Assembly (NCBI GenBank): GCA_938091905.1
Contig: CALKOM010000040.1
Coordinates: 1-60,962, forward strand
DNA from: an uncultured Verrucomicrobiales bacterium
GTDB taxonomy: Bacteria; Verrucomicrobiota; Verrucomicrobiia; Verrucomicrobiales; DEV007
Direction of reading: 5' to 3'
DNA length: 60,962 nt
Shown: in pieces, positions 46,811 to 57,361 of the stretch
Layout of the letters: each line of letters opens with the position of its first letter
Position numbering within the stretch: position 1 is the first letter of the stretch
Program-made: the position numbers and the translations under genes
Notes under the pieces: generated by a model
Told to the model about the DNA's origin: nothing
Database searches by the model: none
Seen by the model: only the letters and a program-made list of their open reading frames with translations

Positions 46811-49699
46811 CTAGCTGACCAGCATGTTGGAAACGATCCTCTGGAGATCGCCGATATTGTAGGGCTTGGAGAGAGCTGCTTGAAAACCGTATTCCCTGTA
46901 GCGAGCCATGACGCTGCCCTCGCTGTAGCCGCTGGAGGCGACCACTCGTGCTTTTGGTGAGATACTGAGAATCTGCTGCATGGCTTCGTTCCCGCCAAGG
47001 TCATCCGGAATGGTAAGATCCATGATGACGAGATCGAATGGTCGCCCCTCTTGATTGGCCCGGATAAAGCGCTCCACCCCCTCGGATGAGGATGGGCAGG
47101 CGACCACATCACACCCCATAAGTTTGAGAGTCGTCGTGGCGAGATCTAGGATAGACTTCTCGTCATCGATGATGAGGATGCGACCCTGCTCCAGGCCGGA
47201 AACGGTTTCGCCTGGCTGCAAGGGAGCGGGCTCGTCCACAGGCTGCTGTGTTTTGCCTGTGGCCGGGAGATAGAAACTGAATTCTGTGCCATGTCCACAC
47301 TTCGACGTGGCGACGACGTGGCCCTGGTGGTTTTTCAGAATGGTAAACGTGGTGGCTAATGCTAGACCGCGTCCCGACTCGTTCGCAGTGTGATAGGGGC
47401 GGAAGACGTATTCCAATTGATCTTCTGGAATCCCAGGGCCCTCGTCCAAGACGGAGACCTTCACATAGATGCCTTCCTCTAACGGGAGCGCTGAATTCTC
47501 GGGACCAGGGACATGATGCACATTCTCCGTAGAGATCGTGACCATACCCCCGTGCGGCATGGAATGGTCCGCGTTGAGAATGAGGTTTTCCAGGACTTGG
47601 CTGATCTGACCTTCGTCAATGTTTGCACTCCAAAGTCCTGGCTTGTTGATAATGCGAGGAACCGATTTCGAACCTCGCAGGTAGTTTTCGGAGCAATGCT
47701 TGATGAGATCCTCGATTCTTGTGATTTTCTTGACCGGGGTGCTTCCTTTGGCAAAGGTTAGGAGCTGGTGTGAAAGATCTTTAGCCCGGAAGCACGCACG
47801 CTCAGCTTCTATGAGCCGTTCGCTGGCTTCTGGTACTTCGGTAAATAGCATGTTTGCTAGGGAGACGTTACCCACTAGTGAAGTGAGAATATTATTGAGG
47901 TCGTGAGCGATACCGCCTGCAAATAGGCTAAGCGCCCTGAAATTCTCTTGCTCAAGGCGCTGGTGTTCCTCAATCATCGAATCGGAGGTCGCGAGTGCTG
48001 ATTCTGGATTGGCCCTAGGCTCTTCGATCTCTTGGCGGCAGCAGAGAATGACACCTTGAGCGATACCCTCTTGCGGCCTGATCGCAGCTCCTGCTAGATT
48101 GATTTCGATCACGGTGCCGTCGTGACGCGTCATTCGCATCTGATGGATGGCCTGATGCTTCTGATCCTCATTGATGAACGCGTTGACAGGGTCGAATTCG
48201 CTGAATGATCCGACCTGATGGAAGGGCTGACCTTCTGCCTGGACCATCCGACAAAGGAAGAGCTGTTCGGCTCCTGAATTCATGAACCGAATCCTGCCTT
48301 CAGCATCCGTGATGACCACGGCATCCTTTGAGACTTGCAATGCGGCTAGCCATGTAGGGCAGAGATCTGGAATCGCAGGTGCTGGTCTAGAGATGGGTGG
48401 CGGGGCTACGGGTGGCGGGGCTACGGGTGCAGGAATCTGAACACCAATACCGTGGACTGATTGAGGCTTTCCATTTGGTCCTGGAGTTGATGTGAGAGTG
48501 ATCTCGAGATGCCCAATCTCAGTATCGATCAGACCACTTGCTTGGCCATTTCGGCGGAGCTGTTTCCACAGTTTGCGGCGAAGTGATTCTTCCTGACAGA
48601 AGCCCCAAACGCTACGGCCTCGCAGATTGCTGGGCTCCATATTGGTTTGCGCGAGCAATCCACCCTGGGCGGATGCGATGACGCCGCGCCGGTCGACCCT
48701 AAATAGGATTAGTGATTTGGATTGAGCAGCAGCTTTCAGTTGTTCTTCGGCATGCTCTGCTTTGGCTTGGAGAGTCTTCTCATCGGAGATGTCATGGCAG
48801 AAGAGGACGGTCTGAGCATCGCTATTCGTGCTAGGGAGAGAGTGGGTTCGGGCCTCAACCCACACATTGAATCCACGCTCAGGTAATTTAAGAGCTAAGT
48901 GCGTGCGATCAGCTGAATGTGTTGCTGTTAGCAATTTGAGTGCTCGTATGGAGTCGGAGCCGGCTCCGAGTTGGGTCACGGCCAAACCTTTCAGGTCGGC
49001 CGCGGATTGCTTCAGGAGTCGTTGAGCGGCCGTATTGACTTCGAGGATCACGCCCTTGCTATCCAGCATAAAAGCCATCTCGTTGCTAAGGTCTGCCGTT
49101 GCGATGGCTAAGTCAGTAGAAGTTGCTGGAGACCGTTGTGTTTGCACGGCGAGCGTTTGTGTCGAGGTTGCTTCGTGATCCACAATGAACGTGGCGATGC
49201 GAGCTACAAGTCGAACCAAGGTTTCCATCGAAGGCTCCAATCGGTTTGACTGGTTCGAAGTAAGAATGAGTTGGACGGAAGGGGTGACTGGGAAGCAACT
49301 GAAATAGCGAACTGTGCGCTCGGGGCAGGCCTCTTGCCACACTGAGGATTCGACGGAAAGATTGCCCACCGGATAGACGACCTCAAGGTCCGGCAACGCG
49401 AGCACTGCCTGCTGGAGGCGGACTGTTGATTCTTTGACACACGCGTCCTTGCTCACGGCGTCGTAACCATTGCTGAAGTCACCGAGAATGATGCTGTTCC
49501 AGCTTCCTAGTAGGTCATCGATGAACTCGCATAAGTCGCTGACAAGCAACCGTTTGGTGGTGCCTGATGCCAAGCGCTCCAAACCTTGCCCATGAATCGC
49601 CATGAGATCCAATGAAGCCTGTTGGGGGAGGGAGGCTTCCCGAATCTGGTCCAGGATGAGCGTGGATTGGTCAGAAGAAGTCATCAGTGTGAAAGACAC
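46811..49699 (-). CDS. Cytoplasmic PAS-domain hybrid histidine kinase (PAS-HisKA-HATPase-REC)
   Basis: PAS motifs, GGIAHDLNNIL, NLILNA, DEGPGI, and receiver ILIIDD...MDLTIP...SSGY...KPY. Confidence 0.92.
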   Translation of the reverse strand: MSFTLMTSSDQSTLILDQIREASLPQQASLDLMAIHGQGLERLASGTTKRLLVSDLCEFIDDLLGSWNSIILGDFSNGYDAVSKDACVKESTVRLQQAVLALPDLEVVYPVGNLSVESSVWQEACPERTVRYFSCFPVTPSVQLILTSNQSNRLEPSMETLVRLVARIATFIVDHEATSTQTLAVQTQRSPATSTDLAIATADLSNEMAFMLDSKGVILEVNTAAQRLLKQSAADLKGLAVTQLGAGSDSIRALKLLTATHSADRTHLALKLPERGFNVWVEARTHSLPSTNSDAQTVLFCHDISDEKTLQAKAEHAEEQLKAAAQSKSLILFRVDRRGVIASAQGGLLAQTNMEPSNLRGRSVWGFCQEESLRRKLWKQLRRNGQASGLIDTEIGHLEITLTSTPGPNGKPQSVHGIGVQIPAPVAPPPVAPPPISRPAPAIPDLCPTWLAALQVSKDAVVITDAEGRIRFMNSGAEQLFLCRMVQAEGQPFHQVGSFSEFDPVNAFINEDQKHQAIHQMRMTRHDGTVIEINLAGAAIRPQEGIAQGVILCCRQEIEEPRANPESALATSDSMIEEHQRLEQENFRALSLFAGGIAHDLNNILTSLVGNVSLANMLFTEVPEASERLIEAERACFRAKDLSHQLLTFAKGSTPVKKITRIEDLIKHCSENYLRGSKSVPRIINKPGLWSANIDEGQISQVLENLILNADHSMPHGGMVTISTENVHHVPGPENSALPLEEGIYVKVSVLDEGPGIPEDQLEYVFRPYHTANESGRGLALATTFTILKNHQGHVVATSKCGHGTEFSFYLPATGKTQQPVDEPAPLQPGETVSGLEQGRILIIDDEKSILDLATTTLKLMGCDVVACPSSSEGVERFIRANQEGRPFDLVIMDLTIPDDLGGNEAMQQILSISPKARVVASSGYSEGSVMARYREYGFQAALSKPYNIGDLQRIVSNMLVS
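48395..48429. repeat. 15-bp tandem repeat (2.3 copies) encoding a PVAPP linker
   Basis: GGGTGGCGGGGCTAC x2 followed by GGGTG. Confidence 0.85.
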
Positions 49700-49880
49700 A
49701 ATTTCTCTTGCTTATGCTTAATTTAACGAAGCTTCAATATTATTAATTATAATTATGAAAAGTTGGAGTTAGGCGGCTTACTTCTTTGATTGTGATTAAA
49801 TTTCAGAATTAACTAGTTATATTATAAAATTAATTAGCTTTATAGCATGATATTTTCTCAATACGGTCCAGAATGTTCAG
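49700..49880. promoter_or_regulatory. Very AT-rich divergent promoter region between the kinases
   Basis: Sharp GC drop. Palindromes TAATTATAATTA (49744-55) and TAACTAGTTA (49810-19). Confidence 0.55.
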
Positions 49881-52676
49881 TTGGATTTGCGAACCGTGAA
49901 TGATCAATCTGAAATGGAGACTGGGGCCTCTCGCGTGGCATCAGGAGCGAATGTGTGGTGGAGCGGTCGGTTTGTCCGTTTCCTACTCGAGCAGGTTCCC
50001 GAGAGTTTGGCCCTTCCGGATCAGGAGTCGAAGGCTCTCTTTGCGGCTGAAGATCAGCGCCTGACGATCCGCAGCTTGACGCTGCTCTGCCTACTGGCGG
50101 TGATCTTGGTTCTTGGGACCACGGTGCTCGACGCGATCGTCTACCCTGAGATGACAGGGCCTTTCTTTAAATTGCGCCTTCTGTGCGCTGCCATGCTGCT
50201 GGCCACTCTCTTGAGCTTGAACACAGACTTTGCCAGGCAGCACTACCGTGCCTACACGCTCCTTTTACCACTGGTGCCTGCGTTTTTTATTGCGTGGATG
50301 ATTTACTTGGCCCGAGATCCAGGCTCTCCTTACTACGCAGCACTAGTCCTGTGCCTGGTTGCGACAGGATTTATCTTTCATTGGACATTTACTGAGGGGC
50401 TCATCGCAACGGGGATCACGCTCGTTCTCTATGCGATAGCGAATTTTAGTTGGGACCATGGTGGGGGGATCAGTCTAAGCGCCACAATTAGCAACCTGTT
50501 TTTCATTAGCCTCAATGGCCTCGTGATTGTCGTAGGCTCGTACTTTCACCATCGCACGCGCGTACGAGAGTTCCTCACTCGCTTGGAGTTGGATCGAAGC
50601 AAGATCGAGTTGGAGGCTTCCAATCAGCAGCTGCGTGAATTGGATCGATTGAAGAATGACTTTTTGGCCAATGTAAGTCATGAGCTGCGCACACCGCTGA
50701 CCCTTCTACTTGCGCCGATCGAATCGATGCGTCTCCAGCAGGATTTGGCGCCAGCACAGAGAGAGCTGATCACCACCATGCATCAGCAGTCCTTGCGCTT
50801 GCTCAAGCTGATCAACGATTTGCTTGATATTGCAAAGTTAGAGTCAGGCAAGTTGCAGCTCCGGTGCGAACGAGTGAATCTTGGAGATTTCGTGAATGGT
50901 GTGATCGAGTCGATCAGTGTTATTGCCAGGCAGCGCAATCTGACGGTAACGGCACACGTGTCTGATGGAGTTGCTACGGTGGAAACAGATCGAGATAAGT
51001 TGGAGAAGATTTGCCTTAACCTTCTCTTCAATGCCCTCAAATTTACGCCGGAGTAAGGGCGCGTGCATTTGGGTGTGCGCCGCTCTGAGGACAACCTTGT
51101 GTTCACGATCAAGGACACCGGGATTGGTATTCCATCAGATCGATTGCCCTTCATCTTCGAGCGTTTCTGGCAGAAAGATTCGTCGACCAAGCGGAAGCAT
51201 CCGGGGACGGGGATTGGATTGGCTCTGGTGAAAGAACTGACTGAGGCCATGAGCGGTCACGTCGTGGCCGAGAGTGAGTTGGGCAAGGGCACGGTTATCA
51301 TGGCGACGATTCCGATGTCGCAGTCTGGCCATGGGGCGTTAGTATCACCGGTTGACCAAGGGGGACATCCAGAAGCAACCGATACTTGGCTCTCGCATCT
51401 TCATCGCCAGGCAGAGTTCTCTCCAGCACTTAGTTCAGGTGTTGATTTGGTCACGGCGGGAGCACATTCCAAGGGTTTTGTGAGTGTTTCTTCTGCGTTG
51501 CCACTGGCTCCAGACGAGGCTTATACGATTCTTTTAGCAGACGATGATGCTGGTATAAGGGCTTACCTGGCGGGCGAGTTGGTGCAGGACTATCAAGTGG
51601 TCGAAGCCATCGATGGAGTCCAAGCCGTAGAGAATGCACAGAGATGGCAACCAGATCTTATCTTGCTCGATTACATGATGCCGGAAATGGATGGCCTGGA
51701 GGTCTGTCAGGCGTTGCGAGACGATCCTCAAACACGCATGATTCCTATCATGCTTCTAACGGCACGTGCGGACGAACGGACACGTATGGCAGGGCTTGAG
51801 GCGGGAGCCAATGATGTTCTGATCAAGCCTTTCTCTCTTGTGGAGTTTCATGTGCGTGTCCGCAACCTTTTACGAAACCGGCATCTTCAGAAAGAATTGG
51901 AGTCTGAGAAGGCGATTGTCGAAGAGGCGCTGATGCAGCTCCGAGAGACCGAAAGCCAGCTCGTCCAGTCTGAAAAGTTAGCGGCTGTGGGCCAATTGAG
52001 TGCTGCCATCCTCCATGAGATCAACAATCCGCTGAACTACAGCATCTCGGCGTTGTTTGCTCTTTCCAAGCGCCTTCGGCGTAATACCGCACACGAGGAT
52101 GCCGGGCATGAGGAGCTGATTGATGATCTCAACGATGGACTCAAGCGGGTCTCTTCCATTGTGTCTGATTTGCGCGACTTTACCCATCCAGACACTGGGA
52201 AACGCGTTGATATACGGCTGTCTGAAGCTCTGTCAGTTGCGCGACGTTTGATTGCCCAGCGCCTCAAGGACGATGACGTTGATCTCAATGACGACCTCGT
52301 CGAAGACTGCAACCTTCTTGGCAATAAGAACCTGTTGATCCAGGTCTTCATCAACATCTATCAGAATGCTTGCGATGCGATCAGCGAGCAGGAAGAGAAG
52401 CGCATCGATGTTTCTACGGAGATTGATGATGCGAGCGGTGGAGTAGCCATCATGCTGAGAGACAATGGTCCGGGCATTGAATCAAAGCACCTGCCGCGAC
52501 TCTTTGATCCCTTCTTTACCACGAAAGAGGTCGGGAAAGGGATGGGGCTCGGATTGAGCATTTGTTATCGGCTCATTCAGGATCACGGCGGCGATATTTC
52601 GGTATCGAGTGTGCTCGGCGTAAACACGACGTTTATAGTGACGCTACCATTGCATACGAGTGCTCGGGGCTGTTAG
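49881..52676 (+). pseudogene. Membrane hybrid sensor kinase (multi-TM, HK-REC-HK) with in-frame TAA
   Basis: ORFs 49881-51056 and 51063-52676 share a frame. The junction NALKFTPE*GRV falls in the HATPase N-box. H-boxes SHELRTP and LHEINNP. Confidence 0.9.
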
Positions 52677-52711
52677 CCGGTCGAGACGCGTGAACTTTTA
52701 CTCGCAGAATC

Positions 52712-54002
52712 ATGATGGATGGCCTTTTAGAATCAATCGACTATCGCCGTTATGCCATCCTCTACGTCGACGACGAGGAGCGTTCTCTGAAGTACTTTCG
52801 CCAGGCGTTTGAGGATTCCTTTGAGATCTACACGGCGCGGAATGCCGCTGAGGGCTATTCGATTCTATGTGAACGCCGTGATCAGATTGGGGTGCTTTTG
52901 ACAGACCAGCGTATGCCGGGTGAGAGTGGTGTGGAATTGCTAGATAAAGCACGTCGACTGGATCCTCATATTCTTCGAATTCTAGTCACGGCCTATTCAG
53001 ATGTGGAAACGGCCATAGATTCCGTGAATACGGGGGCCGTCTTTCATTACCTGACGAAGCCGTGGGATCCGGAAATCTTGGAGGGTATGCTGAAACGTTG
53101 CCTCGAATACTTCGCCGTGCAGAGCCAACGAGATCATCTCCTCCATGAGAAGCTTGGGATCGTCCAGAACATGCTACGCGGCGACCGCGCTGAGAGCATG
53201 AGTATCTTGGCCTCTGGATTGAACCATCACATGCGCAATGCTCTCACGTCGATCAAGACCTTTGTGGATTTGGTGCCATTCAAGTTGAGGCAAGAGCTAG
53301 GTGAACGCGAAGACTATCAAGATGGCGAGTTCTGGACTAGATACCACGGTGAAGTTGAGTAGCAGGTTCAGCGAATGATTGCCATTCTGGAGCGTCTCTG
53401 GGATGCCTCTTGTGATGTGAGAAGGAGCTCCATTTCGAACCTGGGGTCGATCTTCGTGAGGCTGTGACGACGACTTTGACCACTTCATGGAAGTGGAGCT
53501 TGCTCAACGCGAAATCGATATTGAGCTATCCATCCCAGCGGATTTGCCGGCGCTGACGTCAAATCGTGCCAAGCTCGATCAGCTTCTGCGCCTCCTCCTG
53601 CAAGATGCTCTCACCCATCTGGGTGGAGCCAAACGGATCTACCTGGGTGCTTCGATGGTGGATGGGCACTCGGGAGATGTGAATATGCCCTGTGTCCATC
53701 TTTGGATATCGGACGATGGCGAACCGGTGGATGAGTCTGCTCTTGACCACCTGTTCGATCCGTTTTTTCAAAGAGGGACGGACCCACGCTCGCTTGGAAC
53801 AGATCTCATGGCCTGCTATCATATTGTCCATCTCCACGGCGGACACATCGAAGCCAGAAATGACCACGATGGCAACACTGCTATTCACCTCTACCTGCCC
53901 CCAGAAAGGGCGGGGGCGTTTGCGGGGGCCATGGGAGAAAACGATCTCCAATCACGTATCGCGGCCACGGAAGATCTCTGGAATAGCCTACAGAGGGGAT
54001 GA
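52712..54002 (+). pseudogene. REC-histidine kinase hybrid, disrupted
   Basis: Receiver ILYVDDE...TDQRMPG...KPW and H-box NHHMRN. TAG at 53360-62 (EVE*QVQRMI), then probably two frameshifts before the HATPase part (53487-54002). Confidence 0.85.
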
Positions 54003-54113
54003 GGCACCCTCAGGAAAGATAACTTTCCACCAATTCTCACCTTTCTTTGTTGAATCAGCGGCTGAGCCCTTCAATGTCATCTTATATAGATTAGACGATT
54101 GCCTCGCCTCCTG

Positions 54114-54758
54114 ATGTTTGATCGGCTCCTGAAACACAAGATCCTTATTCTTATACTCCTGGCCTTTTGGGGAGGTTTGCCCTATCACTTCATTCAGAAG
54201 ATCGACTTCTCAAAGGTGATCACGATGCCGACCATTCGGATCGATGAATTCATTCCAATGAACTTTGACTGGGTGTGGATCTACCACTCATGGCTACTTC
54301 TTCCGATTGCGGTGGGTTTCCTTACCAACAAATGGAGCATGTTGAAGCGGTTTGCTTGGAGCATTTTTGTCGTCAACGCGATTTCTTTTTTGGTCTTTGT
54401 GTGCCTGCCGACGGAGGCTCCAAGGCCTATCGATGTGGCGAGTGCACCAAAGCTTTACTTGTGGACTATCCAAATTGATGAGCCCACGAATGCGTGTCCT
54501 TCACTGCATGCTTCGGTGACGATACTAAGCTCGATCTTTGCCGTGTTCGTCTTGGGACGGTTCCGGTGGGCCTGGTTAGGTCGTGCCTTTACGGTGCTTT
54601 GGGCTATTTGCATTCTTTGGTCAACGCTTGCGACTCGTCAGCACGTTTTCATTGATATTGCTATCGGAAGTCTGTTAGGCTCGATAGTGGCGACTGTTGC
54701 ACTCTGGCCTCAGCTTGAATCCAGTTGGTTTCGTGGTAGCCTGGAGCAGGCATACTAA
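54114..54758 (+). CDS. PAP2-superfamily membrane phosphatase/phosphotransferase
   Basis: Polytopic. NACPSLH and TRQHVFID motifs. Confidence 0.85.
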   Translation: MFDRLLKHKILILILLAFWGGLPYHFIQKIDFSKVITMPTIRIDEFIPMNFDWVWIYHSWLLLPIAVGFLTNKWSMLKRFAWSIFVVNAISFLVFVCLPTEAPRPIDVASAPKLYLWTIQIDEPTNACPSLHASVTILSSIFAVFVLGRFRWAWLGRAFTVLWAICILWSTLATRQHVFIDIAIGSLLGSIVATVALWPQLESSWFRGSLEQAY

Positions 54759-55567
54759 TCTTCCTTGTCTTGAGGAGCTCGCTGCCAGGAGGCAGGATCC
54801 TGGCAGTAGTATTCTTGTAGTTGCTGATACACTTCTGCATGCCGCTTGCGTAAGAGCCTGGGCTTTTCAAAGAAGGTCTCGGTAGCCACGGCAAAGAACT
54901 CAGCTGGATTTGTGGCCCCGTAGTCATCAATCAGCGAGTTCTTTCCTCTCACTACAAGATCCTGAAGCTGATCAAACTCCGATTGCATGATACGTGCCCA
55001 ACTGGCATACATGCTGCGTCGCTTGTTGCGAGTGAGTCGTTTTCCGAGGATCGGAGCCCCATCAGCTTGGCCATCTTCTTGGTCTAGCTGGTGGGCGAAT
55101 TCGTGAAAGACAACGTTGTTTCCATCGTTTGGGCTCGCGGCACCACCCTCTGACGCATTCCATGAGAGGACGACTGAGCCTGTGCCCCACGACTCGCCCA
55201 ACCGATGGGATGCTTCTTCGGTCAGGGTGCCATCTTCGGACCAGGACGCTGCCTTGGTCACGTATGTACTGGGGTAGACAAGGATGCTCCGTAGCTTTGG
55301 AAAGTAGCGCGAATCTCGATATACGAGAAGAATGCACGCCTGTGCCGCAATCGTGACACGGATCTCGTCAGTGATGTCTAAGCCACCGCAGCCTTCAAAA
55401 CGTTTCTCGTGAAGAAAGACCTGGACGTGCTCCAGTAATTCGACCTGAGCATCCTTCGGCATGCGCAGGAACACTGGCACATTAGCTTGAATGATCTTCA
55501 GCCACGCTTTTGGAAACGGCTGGCGCCGAAGTTTCGAGCGCCGCCGTTTTCGAAAGTAGGAGAACAT
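54755..55567 (-). CDS. mtfA: MtfA/M90 zinc metallopeptidase
   Basis: IAAQACIL, GESW, NVVFHEFAHQLD and YGATNPAEFFAVATETFFE. Confidence 0.9.
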   Translation of the reverse strand: MFSYFRKRRRSKLRRQPFPKAWLKIIQANVPVFLRMPKDAQVELLEHVQVFLHEKRFEGCGGLDITDEIRVTIAAQACILLVYRDSRYFPKLRSILVYPSTYVTKAASWSEDGTLTEEASHRLGESWGTGSVVLSWNASEGGAASPNDGNNVVFHEFAHQLDQEDGQADGAPILGKRLTRNKRRSMYASWARIMQSEFDQLQDLVVRGKNSLIDDYGATNPAEFFAVATETFFEKPRLLRKRHAEVYQQLQEYYCQDPASWQRAPQDKED

Positions 55568-55589
55568 ACCTCAACTTGGTGACGAGATC

Positions 55590-56894
55590 TTAGTCATTGT
55601 AACCAGTTTCACCATGGTCGGCGATATCGAGCCCTTCGGACTCTTCGCGCTCATTGACGCGCAGGCCAATTGTGGCATCGATTAATTTGAGAATGATGAA
55701 ACTAACAATAGCCGTGTAGACGGCGGTGTAGAGCGCAGCGAGAAGCTGCGTGGTGAGCTGCGAGCCAATAGAATAGTCTGCATCTGCGTTTCCTCCGAAT
55801 GAAGCAGCAGCGAACACCGCAACGAGAATCGTGCCGACGGCACCACCGACGCCGTGAACGCCGAAGACATCGAGCGAATCATCGTAGCCAAACTTCTGCT
55901 TGATCTTGGTTGAGGCGAGCCAGCAAAGAAATCCTGAAGTTCCGCCGATACATAGGGCACCAATGGGCCCAACGGCACCCGATGCGGGGGTGATAGCTGC
56001 GAGGCCTGCGATTGAGCCTGTGGCGATACCTAACATGCTAGGCTTCTTTACGGTGAACCACTCCATCACCATCCAGATTAGAGCCCCCGTGGACGCAGAT
56101 ATGTGGGTGACAATCAATGTCATGGCGGCGTTGCCATCTGCACCAAGGCCTGAGCCCGCATTGAAGCCGAACCAGCCGACCCAAAGCATGCCGGTTCCGG
56201 CCACACACACAGGTAGATTGTGGGGGGCCATCGGGTGTGATGGATAACCGGTGCGAGGCCCGAGAACGATCACAGCGACCAGCGCGCCCACGCCTGCCGT
56301 GATGTGGACAACGATGCCGCCAGCGTGATCCATGATGCCTTCAAGGCCGAGCATGCTGCCTCCTCCCCAGACCATGTGGCAGACCGGTAAGTAGACTAGA
56401 ATCGCCCATACGGTAACAAACACGAGCATGGCGGAGAAGCGGATGCGTTCGACGAACGCTCCCACCATCAATGCTGGCGTGATGATGAAGAAGGTCATTT
56501 GGAAAGCAAAGAAGATCAGCTCTGGAATGGAGTGCCCGCTGTCGTAGACATCCCCAGTACCGATACCGGAAAGCATGGCTTTCCCCATTCCGCCGATGAA
56601 CTTACCCCCCTCAGCAAATGCAGCAGAGTAGCCGAATACCAACCAGACGATACTCATCACGCAAGTGATGACGAAGCAGTGCATGAACACTGAAAGGACA
56701 TTCTTCTTCCTTACGAGGCCTGCATAAAACATCGAAAGCCCTGGAATCGTCATGAAGAGAACGAGAGCGGTTGCGACGATAATCCAAGCGGTGTTTCCAG
56801 AATCAATGGTCGGTGCCGCGGCCGCGCCCTCTTGGGAGAGTCCTTGTGACGTTGATAAGAGAAGTAAGTATAATGGAAGTAGTAGGCGTTTCAT
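55590..56894 (-). CDS. amtB: Ammonium transporter
   Basis: FQMTF, DHAGGIVVH, LWVGWFGFNAGS, DDSLDVFGVHG and EGLDIADHGE. Signal-like start at ATG 56894. Confidence 0.96.
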   Translation of the reverse strand: MKRLLLPLYLLLLSTSQGLSQEGAAAAPTIDSGNTAWIIVATALVLFMTIPGLSMFYAGLVRKKNVLSVFMHCFVITCVMSIVWLVFGYSAAFAEGGKFIGGMGKAMLSGIGTGDVYDSGHSIPELIFFAFQMTFFIITPALMVGAFVERIRFSAMLVFVTVWAILVYLPVCHMVWGGGSMLGLEGIMDHAGGIVVHITAGVGALVAVIVLGPRTGYPSHPMAPHNLPVCVAGTGMLWVGWFGFNAGSGLGADGNAAMTLIVTHISASTGALIWMVMEWFTVKKPSMLGIATGSIAGLAAITPASGAVGPIGALCIGGTSGFLCWLASTKIKQKFGYDDSLDVFGVHGVGGAVGTILVAVFAAASFGGNADADYSIGSQLTTQLLAALYTAVYTAIVSFIILKLIDATIGLRVNEREESEGLDIADHGETGYND

Positions 56895-57202
56895 TAGGGT
56901 ATCCTTCGTGCAAGAATTGAGACTGATATCAAAGCACAACTGACTGGCCGTCAATGTGGAAAAGCACCGTCTCTCGTGGCTGCCTATGCCAGTTATTACC
57001 CGCTCCACATTCACTCTGAGGTGTCTGCTAGAGTGTGGTCGAAGATTTGTCGATTACCGAGCCCTGCGCCTTTGCTGGAGACTTAGCTACAGTCATAGCC
57101 GTTCGCGTCTAGCGCCTCGGCCGTATGGATGATCGAGATTTGATTCATTCCAGGTTGGTATTGAAGAGTAGCCCATAGGTGACCTTATTGTTGTGGTTTA
57201 CA

Positions 57203-57219
57203 TGAAAATAATATTTTCA
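57203..57219. promoter_or_regulatory. Perfect 8-1-8 palindrome, candidate operator
   Basis: TGAAAATA-A-TATTTTCA in an AT-rich divergent intergenic region. Confidence 0.5.
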
Positions 57220-57361
57220 GGATGGTGGATGTAAAAATTTAGAGATCTTATATCAGAGGCGCAGGTTTTCATATTTATAAGAATATCGAGTCTAGATTGT
57301 GGCGTGACTTCGATCGAGGACACCGCTGAGCCCCTTGGGTAGTCGAACCAAACTCCTTGTC

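Noticed and set aside
35899..54002. Lesions as simple long-read homopolymer errors
   Set aside because: Most lesions are substitutions to stop codons, and they cluster in a few genes with added motif erosion while many kb of core genes are error-free. Read data are still needed to exclude this fully.
56975..56995. Sigma54 promoter for amtB (minus-strand CTGGCA)
   Set aside because: There is no GC at the required -12 position.
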